From the NCBI RefSeq assembly GCF_001194135.2, contig NC_069008.1, positions 8,000,219 to 8,039,447 on the forward strand: DNA of 39,229 nt. The letters run 5' to 3'. This document shows, one piece after another, positions 10,742 through 21,989 of this stretch (position 1 is its first letter; each line of letters opens with the position of its first letter). The translations under genes were made by a program, and so were the position numbers. The notes under the pieces were generated by a model. The model saw only the letters and a list, made by a program, of their open reading frames with translations. It was not told the origin of the DNA and searched no databases. The DNA comes from Octopus bimaculoides. Taxonomy: Eukaryota.

Positions 10742-11102
10742 GCGATAGGTAAATTGTTGCCATTTTTGATATTGTCTATTACACTGTAAAGTAGGGTCGG
10801 TTGGGTACTGTCTGTGAGCAAAACAGCACCATGATGCAATTTACTCTGCCAGAAATTTGGAAATGACATGATGTACAACTTGGCATTTGCACTGGAAGCT
10901 CCAATAACAACATTTCAGAGTGTTTGGGTGTCAATCTGAGTGTAGGGGATTTGGAAAGAGTTGGATGAGTCTAATGGGGATTATGAAGGTACGGCAGCTC
11001 AGAAAACTCTCTCTGATCATTCTGATAATAAAAGAACTCTTGTATTTGTTGGTGAGATCCAGGCCATGATTGACAATTATCCCTCCAAGTCAATCAGGTC
11101 CA
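10736..11102 (+). mobile_element. maT (DD37D-like) transposon 5' fragment
   Basis: TA-(T)AGGGTGCGATAGGTAAATTGT terminus; peptide MMQFTLPEIWK...ISECLGVNL...ELDESNGDYEGTAAQK...EIQAMIDNYPSKSIRS; same family as 35935-36720. Confidence 0.75.
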
Positions 11103-11144
11103 TTTTTGCATAATTTAGACGACAATTTAATTCAGTGCACCATA

Positions 11145-12270
11145 TATATGTGTGTGTGTGTGTGTTTATGATGGCCATCCACTTGTGACCGAGGATGACC
11201 ATTGCTGACCTTCAGGAAAATTGTATGCTCTAGGACTAATATTTTGTATTTGCAGTTCCGTTGGTGGCTAATGATCCCTGCTCTTGACAAGCATACACGA
11301 CTGCAAACATTGCAAACTAAGCTTTCCCCATTCACTATAAGAGCCGTGCGCTTTCGACCAGCTCGCTTAAGTTCTTCATGCAGAATATGTGCTCTCTCAA
11401 AAGTGTCAACCCCCTCCTTAACCTGCTTCCTCCATCAGTGGCAATGGCAGGCATTGCTCTCCCTGCATATCATAGGCCTTTAATGAGGTCTTAAATCGCA
11501 GCCTTGGTTTCTGCCAGGGTCTCCTTCCATTCACAAGTTCTCCGTATAGCATCTGCTTAAGGATCCTGCTATCCTTCATTCTAATAAGGTGTCCAGTCCA
11601 ACGTAACTGGTACTTGTGCACCATCGCCTCAATTCTCAAGATATCAGCTGTCCTCAGGTCCTGCGTGTTTGGAGTTTTTAAGGTCCAGCTAAGCCAACAT
11701 TCAGAATGTGTCTGAGACATCTCTGATGAAAGCATTCAAGGACACTTACATTTGTAAAGGGTCCATGTCTCACATGAGTAGAAGAGCGATGTCAGTACAC
11801 ATGCAAAGTACACAGCAACTTTTGTTTGCTTTGTGATGCCATGCTGGGACCAGACACAAGACTGAAGAGACTGGAAGGAATCAACTGCTCTCTACAGCCT
11901 GAAAGATATTTCATCATACAGGGAGCAAGAACGGCTGAGGTGTGCTGCCCAGGTAGACAAACTTGGTTACCACTTTCAGAATTGTTCCTTCAACCAAGAT
12001 AGCTGGTTTCACATATGGATTTCCTGGTGCAGGCTGGAACATTACAGCAGTCTTGTCCAGACTAATGCTGAGTCCAAATGCCTTGCAAGAAGCAGAAATA
12101 TGATTCATANNNNNNNNNNGAGTCCAAATGCCTTGCAAGAAGCAGAAATATGATTCATAAGTATTTGCATGTCATCCACTGTATGAGTGACTAAGTCACA
12201 GTCATCTGCATAAAGGAGGTCACGAATAATAGACTGGAGAACCTTTGAATTGGCAGCAAATCGGTGCAGA
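11145..12270 (-). mobile_element. 5'-truncated RTE-clade LINE (decayed RT and C-terminus)
   Basis: LQSIIRDLLYADDCDLV...CKAFGLSISLDKT...KFVYLGST; QLRWTGHLIRMKDSRILKQMLYGEL; terminal CxxCxRxCxSRAGIISHQRNC typical of RTE/BovB-like ORFs. Confidence 0.9.
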
Positions 12271-12301
12271 TGTATGTGTGTGTATATATATATATATATA
12301 T

Positions 12302-12548
12302 TACTCTTTTACTCTTTTACTTGTTTCAGTCATTTGACCGCGGCCATGCTGGAGCACCTCCTTTAGTCAAGCAAATCAACCCCAGGACTAATTCTTTGTA
12401 AGCCTAGTACTTATTATATCGGTCTCTTTTGCCGAACCGCTAGGTTACGGAGACGTAAACACACCAGCATCGGTTGTCAAGAAATGTTGAGGGGGACAAA
12501 CACAGACACACAAACATATACATACACACACACACACACACACATACA
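12302..12548 (-). mobile_element. SINE family B 3' half
   Basis: Reverse complement of ...CCGCGGTCAAATGACTGAAACAAGTAAAAGAGTAAAAGAGTAA. Confidence 0.85.
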
Positions 12549-12558
12549 NNNNNNNNNN

Positions 12559-12597
<39 letters not shown>

Positions 12598-12603
<6 letters not shown>

Positions 12604-12982
12604 AGTTGTATGCTGTCAACTTAATGTGACAGTCCCATGAAGGGAATAATACTACTGCTATTTAGCCCTAGGAAGCAGCACCGCTTCCTGTCGGCCTTGG
12701 CACATTTCCTGTGTCCTTATGTTTGCAAGGAGACAAGCACCTCCACTTAGCTATGCCTACATCCAGAGACATGTTTCTGAGTCTTTGCTCGTCATCAGTC
12801 TGGAGTAGCAATGGTCTGCTAGTTGAAATCTCTATCACAATGAATCACTACGGATCACACATAGATGAGGACGGCACAGGACAGACAATTTCACAAAATG
12901 AATGAGATCGTGATTATATACAATTTTTGGTTTTAACGATTATGTACAATTTAATAAATGAAATTAAAATTAATGAGAACTT
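12598..12982 (-). mobile_element. Non-coding hammerhead-bearing repeat (Penelope pLTR-like or retrozyme-like), copy 1
   Basis: Reverse complement of 14987-15370 with few substitutions; contains a hammerhead motif. Confidence 0.75.
12762..12804 (-). ncRNA. Minimal type I hammerhead ribozyme, variant core junction
   Basis: Minus strand reads TCCAGA CTGATGA C GAG CAAAGA CTC A GAAA CATG TC TCTGGA: 6-bp stem I, intact core, GUC triplet, palindromic stem III, C.A mismatch closing stem II. Confidence 0.65.
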
Positions 12983-12984
12983 CC

Positions 12985-13541
12985 ACATCTACTGTGGAAC
13001 GCTCGGCTCATCCAGTTGGTAGCAGTCTACTAGATTATAGCTGTCTAGTAGACCCTTGAGGCATGGATTCCCTTTTCTATTGGTGGAGCCTACACTATCG
13101 ATGCGCGCATCAAGGACAGTTTTAAAGTCCCCTAACAAAACTACCGCTTTAGACGTCAGTAGAAAGTACTCCAGGTTCCGCAAAAAAACTGGACTGCCCA
13201 TGCTCATTAGGAGCATAGAGAGCTACCAGCCTGAAGGACTGCTTGCTCTCATGTGTTACATCGAGGACGGCCAGCCTACCTTCTGGGTCCAAAAAGACAG
13301 TACTTATCTGTAAGTCCAAACTTTTCCTGATCAGAACTGCCATGCCTGCACCTCCTCTCCACCTCAGAGAAATGAATTTCTCATAACCATTGAGGAGGGG
13401 TGAGAATGCTTCACGTCCCTTCATCTTGGACTCGGTCACTACAGCCACATCTATTCTATGTGAAATGAGGTCGTCCAGAAAACAAGACTGTTTCCATTTC
13501 GACCCCATTCCACGCACATTCAAGCACCCTAACTTAATCAT
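12985..13541 (-). pseudogene. Tx1-clade LINE ORF2 APE endonuclease, frameshifted and truncated
   Basis: MIKLGCLNVRGM...DVAVVTES...GMAVLIRKSL...DPEGRLAVLDV...FRLVALYAPN...VVLLGDF...LVD: APE motifs with the Tx1-typical DPEGR/FRLxxxYAPN. Confidence 0.85.
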
Positions 13542-14115
13542 CGAAGAAATAAATTTAGTAACATACGGTTGCAAGAGGGAGCATGGCAGTTTATGTTTGC
13601 CTGTTTCCCTCATACTTTCCGTCTCTGCTGGGCTCTTTCTGGGAGTTGCCACCGGGCTCTAGGCTGGGGAGGCTGCTGCGCTGATTGGCAATTTGTTCGC
13701 CGAAAAGTCTTTCGTGACATCTGTTATTAAATTGTTTCTAATGTTCTCCTGCAGCAGTCTGTTATCCCAGTACTCTTTGCCTACTTTCAGTTGTCTATAC
13801 TGAAACAGCTTGTCCACTGTTACTTCCGATTCTATTGAGCCTCCGTTCACTGCCTTGGAGAAACTTGGTTTCCTTTGTTCACTTTCAACTGGGTTGACCT
13901 CTCCCACTCCGGGGAATTCCTTCTCAGACGCTAAATTTAGCTCCATACTTGTCGTTAGAGAAGAAAACAATTTTCAATTACGCAGAAATTTTCCACCCCA
14001 AAGGGCGAAAATAACAAACAGTTCACAGAAAAAAACAGTTGACACAAGCAAAACATGAACTCCCTCCAGCAGCAACAAAAAAGTCGAAACAAAAATCAAA
14101 GAGGGTATCCAAAGA
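12985..14115 (-). mobile_element. Tx1-like LINE 5' portion (5' UTR, ORF1 remnant, endonuclease)
   Basis: An ORF1-like reading frame (about 13560-13950, one stop) runs into the ORF2 ATG at 13541. Confidence 0.7.
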
Positions 14116-14161
14116 CAATGGCCTGCTAGTTGGAGATGCCTGTCAAGCTTTCATAAACATA

Positions 14162-14326
14162 GGCGCAGGAGTGGCTGTGTGGTAAGTAGCCTGCTTACGA
14201 ACCGCATAGTTTTGGGTTTAGTCCCACTGCATGGCACCTTGGGCAACTGTCTTCTACTATAGCCTCAGGCCGACTAAAGCCTTGTGAGTGGATTCGGTAA
14301 ACGGAAACTGAAAAAAGCCTGTCGTA

Positions 14327-14363
<37 letters not shown>

Positions 14364-14581
14364 ATGTGTGTTTGTGTGTGTGTTTGTCCCTCCACCATTG
14401 CTTGACAACCGATGCTGGTGTGTTTACGTCCCCATAACTTAGTGGTTTGGCAAAAAGAGACCGATAGAATAAGTACTAGGCTTACAAAGAATAAGTCCCG
14501 GGGTCGATTTTCTCGACTAAAGGCAGTGCTCCAGCATGGCCACAGTCAAATGACTGAAACAAGTAAAAGAGTAAAAGAGTA
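14162..14581 (+). mobile_element. Full-length tRNA-derived SINE family B (OR2/CORE-like)
   Basis: A-box TGGCTGTGTGGT, B-box-like GGGTTTAGTCCC, CORE-like GGCACCTTGGGCAA, internal (TA)/(TG) tract, tail (GTAAAAGA)n. The OR2 assignment is from recall. Confidence 0.85.
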
Positions 14582-14841
14582 TATAATAACTCTAGTGAAT
14601 CACACTCACTGATTTCAAAAATAAAATAATACATTTCTAAATCTCTCAGAGAGATTTATGCAGTAGTGATGCGATAAAGTAGTTGTATGCTGTCAACTTA
14701 ATCTGACAGTCCCATAAAGGGAATAATACTACTGCTATTTAGCCCTAGGAAGCAGCACCACTTCCTATCGGCCTTGACACATTTCCTGTGTCTTTATGTT
14801 TACAAGGGGGAGACAAGCACCTCCGCTTAGCTAAGCCTGCA

Positions 14842-14884
14842 TCCAGACTGATGACAAGCAAAGACTCAGAAACATGTCTCTGGA
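14842..14884 (+). ncRNA. Type I hammerhead motif, copy 2
   Basis: TCCAGA CTGATGA CAAGCAAAGACTCA GAAA CATG TC TCTGGA; one stem II mismatch relative to copy 1. Confidence 0.55.
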
Positions 14885-15163
14885 TGCAGACTTAGCTAAG
14901 TGGAGGTGCTTGTCTCCCCCTTGTAAACATAATTTTAAAATAAGACCAAAAAATGGATCAGTTTAAGTTCTCTAAATTTTTTATCAAGTTCTCATTAATT
15001 TTAATTTCATTTATTAAATTGTACATAATCGTTAAAACCAAAAATTGTATATAATCAAGATCTCATTCATTTTGTGAAATTGTCTGTTCTGTGCCGTCCT
15101 CATCTATGTGTGATCTCTAGTGATTGATTGTGATAGAGATTTCAACTAGCAGGCCATTGCTAC

Positions 15164-15206
15164 TCCAGACTGATGACGAAAAAAGACTTAGAAATATGTC
15201 TCTGGA
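15164..15206 (+). ncRNA. Type I hammerhead motif, copy 3 (stem II decayed)
   Basis: TCCAGA CTGATGA CGAAAAAAGACTTA GAAA TATG TC TCTGGA. Confidence 0.45.
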
Positions 15207-15965
15207 TGCGGGCTTAGGTAAGTGGAGGTGCTTGTCTCCCCCTTGTAAACATAAGGACACAGGAAATGTGTCAAGGCCGACAGGAAGTGGTGCTGCTTCC
15301 TAGGGCTAAATAGCAGTAGTATTATTCCCTTCATGGGACTGTCACATTAAGTTGACAGCATACTACTTTATTGCATCACTACTGCATAAATCTCTCTGAN
15401 NNNNNNNNNNNNNNNNNNNNNNNNNNNNNNNNNNNNNNNNNNNNNNNNNNNNNNNNNNNNNNNNNNNNNNNNNNNNNNNNNNNNNNNNNNNNNNNNNNNN
15501 NNNNNNNNNNNNNNNNNNNNNNNNNNNNNNNNNNNNNNNNNNNNNNNNNNNNNNNNNNNNNNNNNNNNNNNNNNNNNNNNNNNNNNNNNNNNNNNNNNNN
15601 NNNNNNNNNNNNNNNNNNNNNNNNNNNNNNNNNNNNNNNNNNNNNNNNNNNNNNNNNNNNNNNNNNNNNNNNNNNNNNNNNNNNNNNNNNNNNNNNNNNN
15701 NNNNNNNNNNNNNNNNNNNNNNNNNNNNNNNNNNNNNNNNNNNNNNNNNNNNNNNNNNNNNNNNNNNNNNNNNNNNNNNNNNNNNNNNNNNNNNNNNNNN
15801 NNNNNNNNNNNNNNNNNNNNNNNNNNNNNNNNNNNNNNNNNNNNNNNNNNNNNNNNNNNNNNNNNNNNNNNNNNNNNNNNNNNNNNNNNAGCCATGGAGG
15901 AATGTAGTGGCGGACAAAAAACAAGACAGGAAAACAAACAGAAAAGGCTTTACGGCCAGACGAGA

Positions 15966-16006
<41 letters not shown>

Positions 16007-16376
16007 GGTCATCTAACAAACCATAAGTCAAGGAAAAGATGCATTTGTATATCGGTCAGTCGAGTGGGTATACTATCCGAAATGTGTAGTATTAAATACC
16101 CATCACAGCTGATCTTACCAATTGGTTTCGCGTAAAGAATACAATGGAATGTTAGGTAACAAACCAATTATATAACTTTATGTTCATCTGTGTTAGCCAA
16201 TTTGGAAGGGAATATGGCGACTGCCCTTCATTGTCAGAATCTACTGTGAAAAAGGTGGTGGAACGAAAAAAGGGCCAGAGCATTAGTTTAGGAGTTATGT
16301 CCCTTGGTTGGGTATGTTGTGAAGCCAGCAAGAGTTATTTTGAAGTGGGGAAAGTGTGCATTAAGGTGTGGTTATA

Positions 16377-16497
16377 AGTGCAGGCATGGCTGTGTGGTAA
16401 GAAGTCTGATTCCCAATCATGTGATCTTGAGTTCAGTCCCACTGTGTAACACCTTGGGCAAGTGTTTTCCATTATAGTCATGGGCCAACCAAAGTCA
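16377..16497 (+). mobile_element. SINE family B 5' half
   Basis: GCAGGCATGGCTGTGTGGTAAG...GAGTTCAGTCCCACTG...CACCTTGGGCAAGTG. Confidence 0.8.
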
Positions 16498-16518
16498 TGC
16501 CTCTTGTATATATATATA

Positions 16519-17655
16519 TTGGGTCATCCCATAAATAATGCAGTTTTCAATTGCAAGAACTAAAAGTCGGAGGGGGATGGGATTAACTACCTGCATCAAC
16601 TTGCTAGAAAAACAGGTAGTAATTTTACCCTGTCGTTATTATTAGTGCAAGCTTTGAAGAGTGCAGTTCGATTTTAACAGTTAATTTTTCAAAGCTATAA
16701 TAGAAGTGACAAAGGAACATATTTGGCATATTTTGCTTTATGAATTCAATAATGGCAACACCACAATGGAAAGTGCAAGGAATATTAATGCAGCATATGG
16801 GGATCAGACAATAAACATAAGCCAGTGACAGCAGTGGTTCCAGGAATTCCAAGACGGAAACTATAGCCTAGAAGATGAACCTCATCTTGGAAGATCTGTA
16901 GAGCTCAACGAGGATGTCCTGCAAAGCCAGGTGGAACAAAATCCCATTGTAACTGTTGAGGAACTAGCAGAGAAGCTTGGATTTGGTCATTCAACCATTC
17001 ATCAACACGTGTATGCTATCGGAAAAGTCAGAAAATTGGGTCAATGGGTTTCTCACAAACTTTCCGAGTCTAATCACATGCAGAGAGTGAATGTGTGCTC
17101 TTCTTTGCTGTTAGAATTCACGAACGAATCTTTTTTGGACCAAATAGTGACTGGCTATGAGAAATGGGTTTTCTATAAAAATGTCAAGCACGAAAGACAG
17201 TGGGTAGGGAAAGGAGAAACACCGGCACTCCAGGCTAAAGAAGGTCTTCTCCCGCATAAAGTGTTATCTGTTTGGTGGGATATGAGAGGTTTAGTCCACC
17301 TTGAATTTCTAAACCCAAACCAAATGATAGCAAAGGAGATCTACTGTGAGCAGCTTGAGCGACTTAAGTCCTTGCTAGAAGTAAAATGACCAACTTTGAT
17401 TTCAAGACGAAAGGTGTTCTTCCATCAGGATAATGCTCAGCCACATTCAACGAGGATGACATTCCAAAGGTTGGAACAATTTGAGTGGGAAACGATGCCC
17501 CACCCACCATATTCACCAGACATTGTCCCATCTGATTATCATTTAATCTGCAGTCTTCAAAATCATTCGGGCACAAATAAAATATGAATTCTGTAGACGA
17601 GATCAGAACAGTAATGGAGGAGTATTTTCCATCATGGACAAGTGAATTTGTTTGA
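16519..17655 (+). mobile_element. Decayed mariner (DD34D) transposon, 3' end lost
   Basis: TA-TTGGGTCATCCC TIR; transposase from about 16700: EVTKEHIWHILLYEF...GQWVSHKL...IVTGYEKW...HQDNAQPH...HPPYSPDIVPSDYHL with stops and frameshifts. Confidence 0.9.
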
Positions 17656-17948
17656 CTAAAATTCTTCAGTGTGGTGCTCCAGCATGTCCACCATCTAATG
17701 ACTGAAATGAGTAAAAGATAAAAGATATTTTGTCCCATCACCACTTGACAAACAGTGTGTTGGTTTGTTTATGTTCCTGTAACTTTGTGGTTCAGTAAAA
17801 AAAATGACTGATAGAATAAGTACATGGTTTGAGAATGAGTCTTGGGGTCTAATTCTTCAAGTAAATCATTTGAGGTTGTGATCCAGCATGGCCAGAGACA
17901 GAAAGCAACAAATAAAAAATAATGCAAAAACACCTTACAGACTGCAAT

Positions 17949-18310
17949 TACTTTTTTACTCAGTCATTTAACTACGTCCAAGCTGGAGCACCACCTTGAA
18001 GGGCTTTTTAATCGAACAAATCAACCCCAGGACTTATTTCTTAAACCTAGTAATTATTCTGTCAGTCTCTTTTGCCAAACTGCTAAGTTACAGGGACATA
18101 AAGATATCAACACTGGTTGTCAAGCAGACAAAAAGATGCGCACACATATATACGATGGGCTTCTTTCAGTTTCCATCTACTAAATCCACTCACAATGCTT
18201 TGGTCGGCCCAAAGCTATAGCAGAAGATTTACCCAAGATGCGGTGCAGTGGGAGTGAACCTGGAACCATGTGGTTGGGAAGCAAGCTTCTTACTAAGTAG
18301 CCATGCCTGC
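17949..18310 (-). mobile_element. Full-length SINE family B
   Basis: Reverse complement of head (GCAGGCATGGCTACTTAGTAAG...GGTTCACTCCC) through the 3' half. Confidence 0.8.
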
Positions 18311-18459
18311 AACTGTCAATAAAATAGAAATAAATTCTAGAAATTTATTTTTTCTATGGGGCTCTGGATCAAATGACCCCCAATTTGGTGGTTGGAGATC
18401 CCTACCATACAGGACAGGAATAAAAGGAAATTCACCTGTTTCCCTTCACCTTCAGTAGT

Positions 18460-18712
18460 GGAGGTGCATGGCTTAGTGGTAAGGGTGTTGGACTCCTGAT
18501 TGTAAGATGGGTTTCAGTTCCTGGATCCGGCCAACATATTGTGTTCTTGAGCAAGACACTTCATTTCACATTGCTCCAGTCCATTCAGCTGGCTTAAATG
18601 AGTAATCCTGCAATGGACTGGCATCCCATCCAGGTGGAGAATATATACACCATGGAAACCAAGAAACCAGTCCTTATGAGTCGCTGTGACTCGAGAAGGT
18701 AACTTTACCTTT
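18460..18712 (+). mobile_element. tRNA-derived SINE family D
   Basis: A-box TGGCTTAGTGGT, GTGTTCTTGAGCAAGACACTT, CCTGCAATGGACTGGCATCCCATCCAGG central block, T-rich tail. Confidence 0.7.
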
Positions 18713-19845
18713 TCTTTTTTTTTCCAACACCTTCAGCAACCTCTTTTCTTCTTTGTCCTTTCATCACTCCCCCCCTCCTTCCTACCAACATGTGTCTCTT
18801 CATTACTCTTTCCTACCTTACAATTCTTCACCATTTCCCCTCCTTTCTACACACTTATTTGATTATTCCTGCTCCCACCCCATTTTCTACCCACCCCTTN
18901 NNNNNNNNNNNNNNNNNNNNNNNNNNNNNNNNNNNNNNNNNNNNNNNNNNNNNNNNNNNNNNNNNNNNNNNNNNNNNNNNNNNNNNNNNNNNNNNNNNNN
19001 NNNNNNNNNNNNNNNNNNNNNNNNNNNNNNNNNNNNNNNNNNNNNNNNNNNNNNNNNNNNNNNNNNNNNNNNNNNNNNNNNNNNNNNNNNNNNNNNNNNN
19101 NNNNNNNNNNNNNNNNNNNNNNNNNNNNNNNNNNNNNCTATCTCCTTTTCTCCTCCTCCACCCGCCCACCCACTTCAGTTCCCCCCTCGTCCCTTCCACC
19201 TTCTGCTCACTCACCACCACCCCACCACCTTTCCCCTCTGCTCCACCTCCTCCTTCACTTTCTCCTTTTCTTTACTCTTTCTTTTGCATTCTCCCCTCCT
19301 CCTCCTCCTCCTTCTCCCCATTGCATCTACCCTCTACTTTCAATTTCACTTTTCCAACTCACATTCTTCCCTCTCTTACCCCTCTTTCCCCACCCCTCTC
19401 ATCAACATCTTCAATCACCACTCTTTCTGCTTCTCCCTCCCTTTATTCTCTTCCTTTCTTCACACTTCTTCTGCCAACCCCCTCCATCCCCCTCTAACCT
19501 CCCCTTATTTACCCTCTTCTTTGACAAACTTTGTTTTGTTTGCAGGTTCCCTCCCCCTTCAAACCCTTTCTTCCTACCCTCTTAGCATCCTCATCCCCCT
19601 CTCTTCCTACTCCTCCCTTCTTCTCTCTTTCTCACTTCCCTTATCCATCTTGTTCATTTCACCCTCCTCCTCTTCACCCATCTATTTACACACATCCTTG
19701 ACTAACATTTCCTTTGCAGCACTCCACCACCACCACCACTGTAACTACCACCACCACCACCACCTCCATCAGTCCCTATTTCTACTTTTCTCACTCTGAT
19801 CTGTCATCAGCCATTCTATTCTCCCTCCCACCACCACCACCACTG
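18713..19845. repeat. Polypyrimidine (CT-rich) low-complexity tract with (CAC)n runs
   Basis: Direct reading; interrupted by a gap at about 18900-19137. Confidence 0.9.
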
Positions 19846-19852
19846 TCATCAG

Positions 19853-20040
19853 TGAGCTGGCAAAATTGTTAGTGCGTCAAACAAAAGCTTTGCAGCATTT
19901 TCTTCCAACTCCTTACATTGTGAGTTCAAATCCCACCTACCATTTATCTTATCAACACATATGGGGCTGAGTAGTACAGGGGTTAGTAATATTGACTAAT
20001 CTTCTTCCACCAAAACTAATTTGTGCCTAAATCAGAAACC
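19853..20040 (+). mobile_element. Degenerate SINE family C
   Basis: GAGCTGGCAAAATTGTTAG...GAGTTCAAATCCC...GTGCCTAAATCAGAAAC. Confidence 0.6.
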
Positions 20041-20042
20041 AC

Positions 20043-20053
20043 TATTATTATCA

Positions 20054-20106
<53 letters not shown>
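20043..20106. repeat. (TTA)n microsatellite
   Basis: Direct reading. Confidence 0.95.
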
Positions 20107-20108
<2 letters not shown>

Positions 20109-20287
20109 GGCAGCAAGCTGACAGAAGGATTAGCATGCTGGGCACTATGTTCTGAGTTCAAATCCCGCCAAGGTCAACTTTCCTTTCATCCTTCCGGTGT
20201 CGATAAAATAAGTACCAGTTGAACACTGAGTTGATGTAATCGAATCAGCCCCACTTTCCCCAAGCTGCCCTTGTGGCAAAAATTTGA

Positions 20288-20290
<3 letters not shown>
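20109..20290 (+). mobile_element. SINE family C
   Basis: GGCAGCAAGCTGACAGAA...GAGTTCAAATCCCGCC...CCTTTCATCCTTCCGGTGTCGATAAAATAAGTACCAG; followed by (TAA)n to about 20363. Confidence 0.8.
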
Positions 20291-20363
<73 letters not shown>

Positions 20364-20365
<2 letters not shown>

Positions 20366-20418
20366 TTATTTCTTTATTGCCCACAGGGGGCTAAACATAG
20401 AGGGGACAAACAAGGACA
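20364..20418 (-). mobile_element. Isolated 3' tail of SINE family C
   Basis: Reverse complement TGTCCTTGTTTGTCCCCTCTATGTTTAGCCCCCTGTGGGCAATAAAGAAATAA matches the 7020-7073 tail. Confidence 0.75.
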
Positions 20419-20489
20419 ACCCTATTTAGTCAATAATGTTTCTTCTTTCACTTTGTCTTGCAAGTTACTTGGTGACCTCCCTAGTGTTG

Positions 20490-20652
20490 CATTGAAAAAA
20501 GAGCAGCCTGTACACTCTGTAAAGTGTTTGGCATTAGGAAGGACATCTAGCCACAGAAGCCATGCCACAGTAGACACTTGAGCACAATGTAGTCCTCCAG
20601 CTCATTGGATTCTGTCTAAGTGTCCAACTCATACCAACAAGGAAGACATTAA
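20490..20652 (+). mobile_element. Old, diverged family A-related copy
   Basis: ACACTCTGTAAAGTGTTTGGCATTAGGAAGGACATCTAGCC...GTCCAACTCATACCAACAAGGAAGACATTAAAT. Confidence 0.55.
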
Positions 20653-20654
20653 AT

Positions 20655-20978
20655 CAGTGGTTCTCAACCAGGGTCCATGTGAACCTTGGCGGTGCATATA
20701 AGAAATTTTGGGGCCCATGCTAGCAAAATAGTAAAAATTGGGGATCCACAGAAGTATTTTAAGTGTCCGTGTCAAGTTTTGATTTCAATGTATCTATTGC
20801 AAGGAACAGCTCTAATGTTTTACATAGTTCAACTTATACAAGTTAATGCGTGAAAAACAAAATAGGAATTTTGAAAGAAGTATCTATAAAACTAGTTTCT
20901 GAACATTGAATGGCTATTGGGGTCCACCAGAATAAAATAGTAAATGGGTCCACAGATAGAAATAATTAAGAACTATAT
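20655..20978. mobile_element. hAT (Charlie-like) non-autonomous element
   Basis: Left end CAGTGGTTCTCAACC is typical of hAT-Charlie; right end is degenerate (TTAAGAACTAT); internal GGGGTCCA subterminal motifs repeat. Confidence 0.55.
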
Positions 20979-20982
20979 CTTT

Positions 20983-21148
20983 ACACTCTCTGAGTGGTTG
21001 GCGTTAGGAAGGGCATCCAGCTGTAGAAACTCTGCCAAATCAGATTGGAGCCTGATGCAGCCTTCTGGCTTGCCAGTCCTCAGTCAAATCGTCCAACCCA
21101 TGCTAGCATGGAAAACGGACGTTAAACGATGATGATGATGATGATGAT
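20983..21148 (+). mobile_element. 5'-truncated family A copy
   Basis: Family A 3' body and GAT tail. Confidence 0.85.
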
Positions 21149-21203
21149 TGCATCATTTATGATGATAATGATGATGATAACAATGTAAAAGGATGAGATA
21201 TTA

Positions 21204-21679
21204 TACTAGGTTGAACAAAAAGTTCATGCACCAAGTTAAAATAATGATATTTTATGCAAGAATTTATTCAAAAACAACAACTATTCTTCAGAATAAAGAC
21301 CATCATTTTGCGCGACCTTCTGCCAATGATCTGTAAGCTTTCGGATTTGGTCAAAGTACCAATCCTTCAGCTTTAAATTGAAAAATTCTTGACATAAAGT
21401 GCTGCATTGATCGGAAGAGACTGTAGTCAGATGGAGCAATGTCTGGACTATAAGCTGGATGCAGCTGAACTTCCACATCGTCCAATTTTTCAATCTTGTT
21501 GCTGGTCTTTCTGGAAGTCTGTGGCTTTGCATTGTCTTGTTGAAAGAAAGCACATTTTCAATGAACACAATGAGTCACCATTGAACATAACATGAACTGA
21601 ACGAACACACACACCACAAAATTATATTAAAAAAAGTATTATTTTAACATAGCGAACAAACTTTTTCTTCAACCTAATA
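21204..21679 (-). mobile_element. Internally deleted mariner
   Basis: TIRs TACTAGGTTGAACAAAAAGTT and reverse complement TATTAGGTTGAAGAAAAAGTT; minus-strand HPAYSPDIAPSDYSLFRSMQH and WYFDQIRKLTDHWQKVAQNDGLY. Confidence 0.8.
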
Positions 21680-21989
21680 TAATGTAGTCCTGGGTTCCAT
21701 GTACATAGAACAAAGATAGAATGGATGGTCACAAATGGAATGCATAAGACCTTATTCAATCTGCTAGAAATGGCAACCATAGTCTTAACATTTTTGCAAA
21801 AATGAATGCATTAGATAAGTCAGTCTTAGATATAAAAAGAGGGGTGACAGTCATAGCTGGCAAACTAGGGGCTATACAACAAAGACAACAATATCTTTAA
21901 CCACTTCTACCACCACCACCACCACTACTACTACTGCATTAACCACAACAATTATAATGATGATAACTATAATTTTATTTAAGAATAAT

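Larger units (their letters stand above)
14647..15399. mobile_element. Rearranged cluster of the hammerhead-bearing repeat: inverted partial copy, HHR fragment and near-full copy
   Basis: 14647-14847 is the reverse complement of about 15200-15399; 14795-14932 is a hairpin whose loop is a hammerhead; 14987-15399 is the reverse complement of 12598-12982 plus an extension. Confidence 0.8.

Noticed and set aside
12070-12159. 40-bp direct repeat around a 10-N gap inside the RTE
   Set aside because: Same contig-overlap artefact.
406-21132. Repeated short ORFs such as WHVKAPTTLSEWLALGRASSCRNSAKSDWSLVQP and AEFLQLDALPNANHSESVVGAF
   Set aside because: These are both-strand translations of SINE family A copies, with frames differing between copies; not a gene family.
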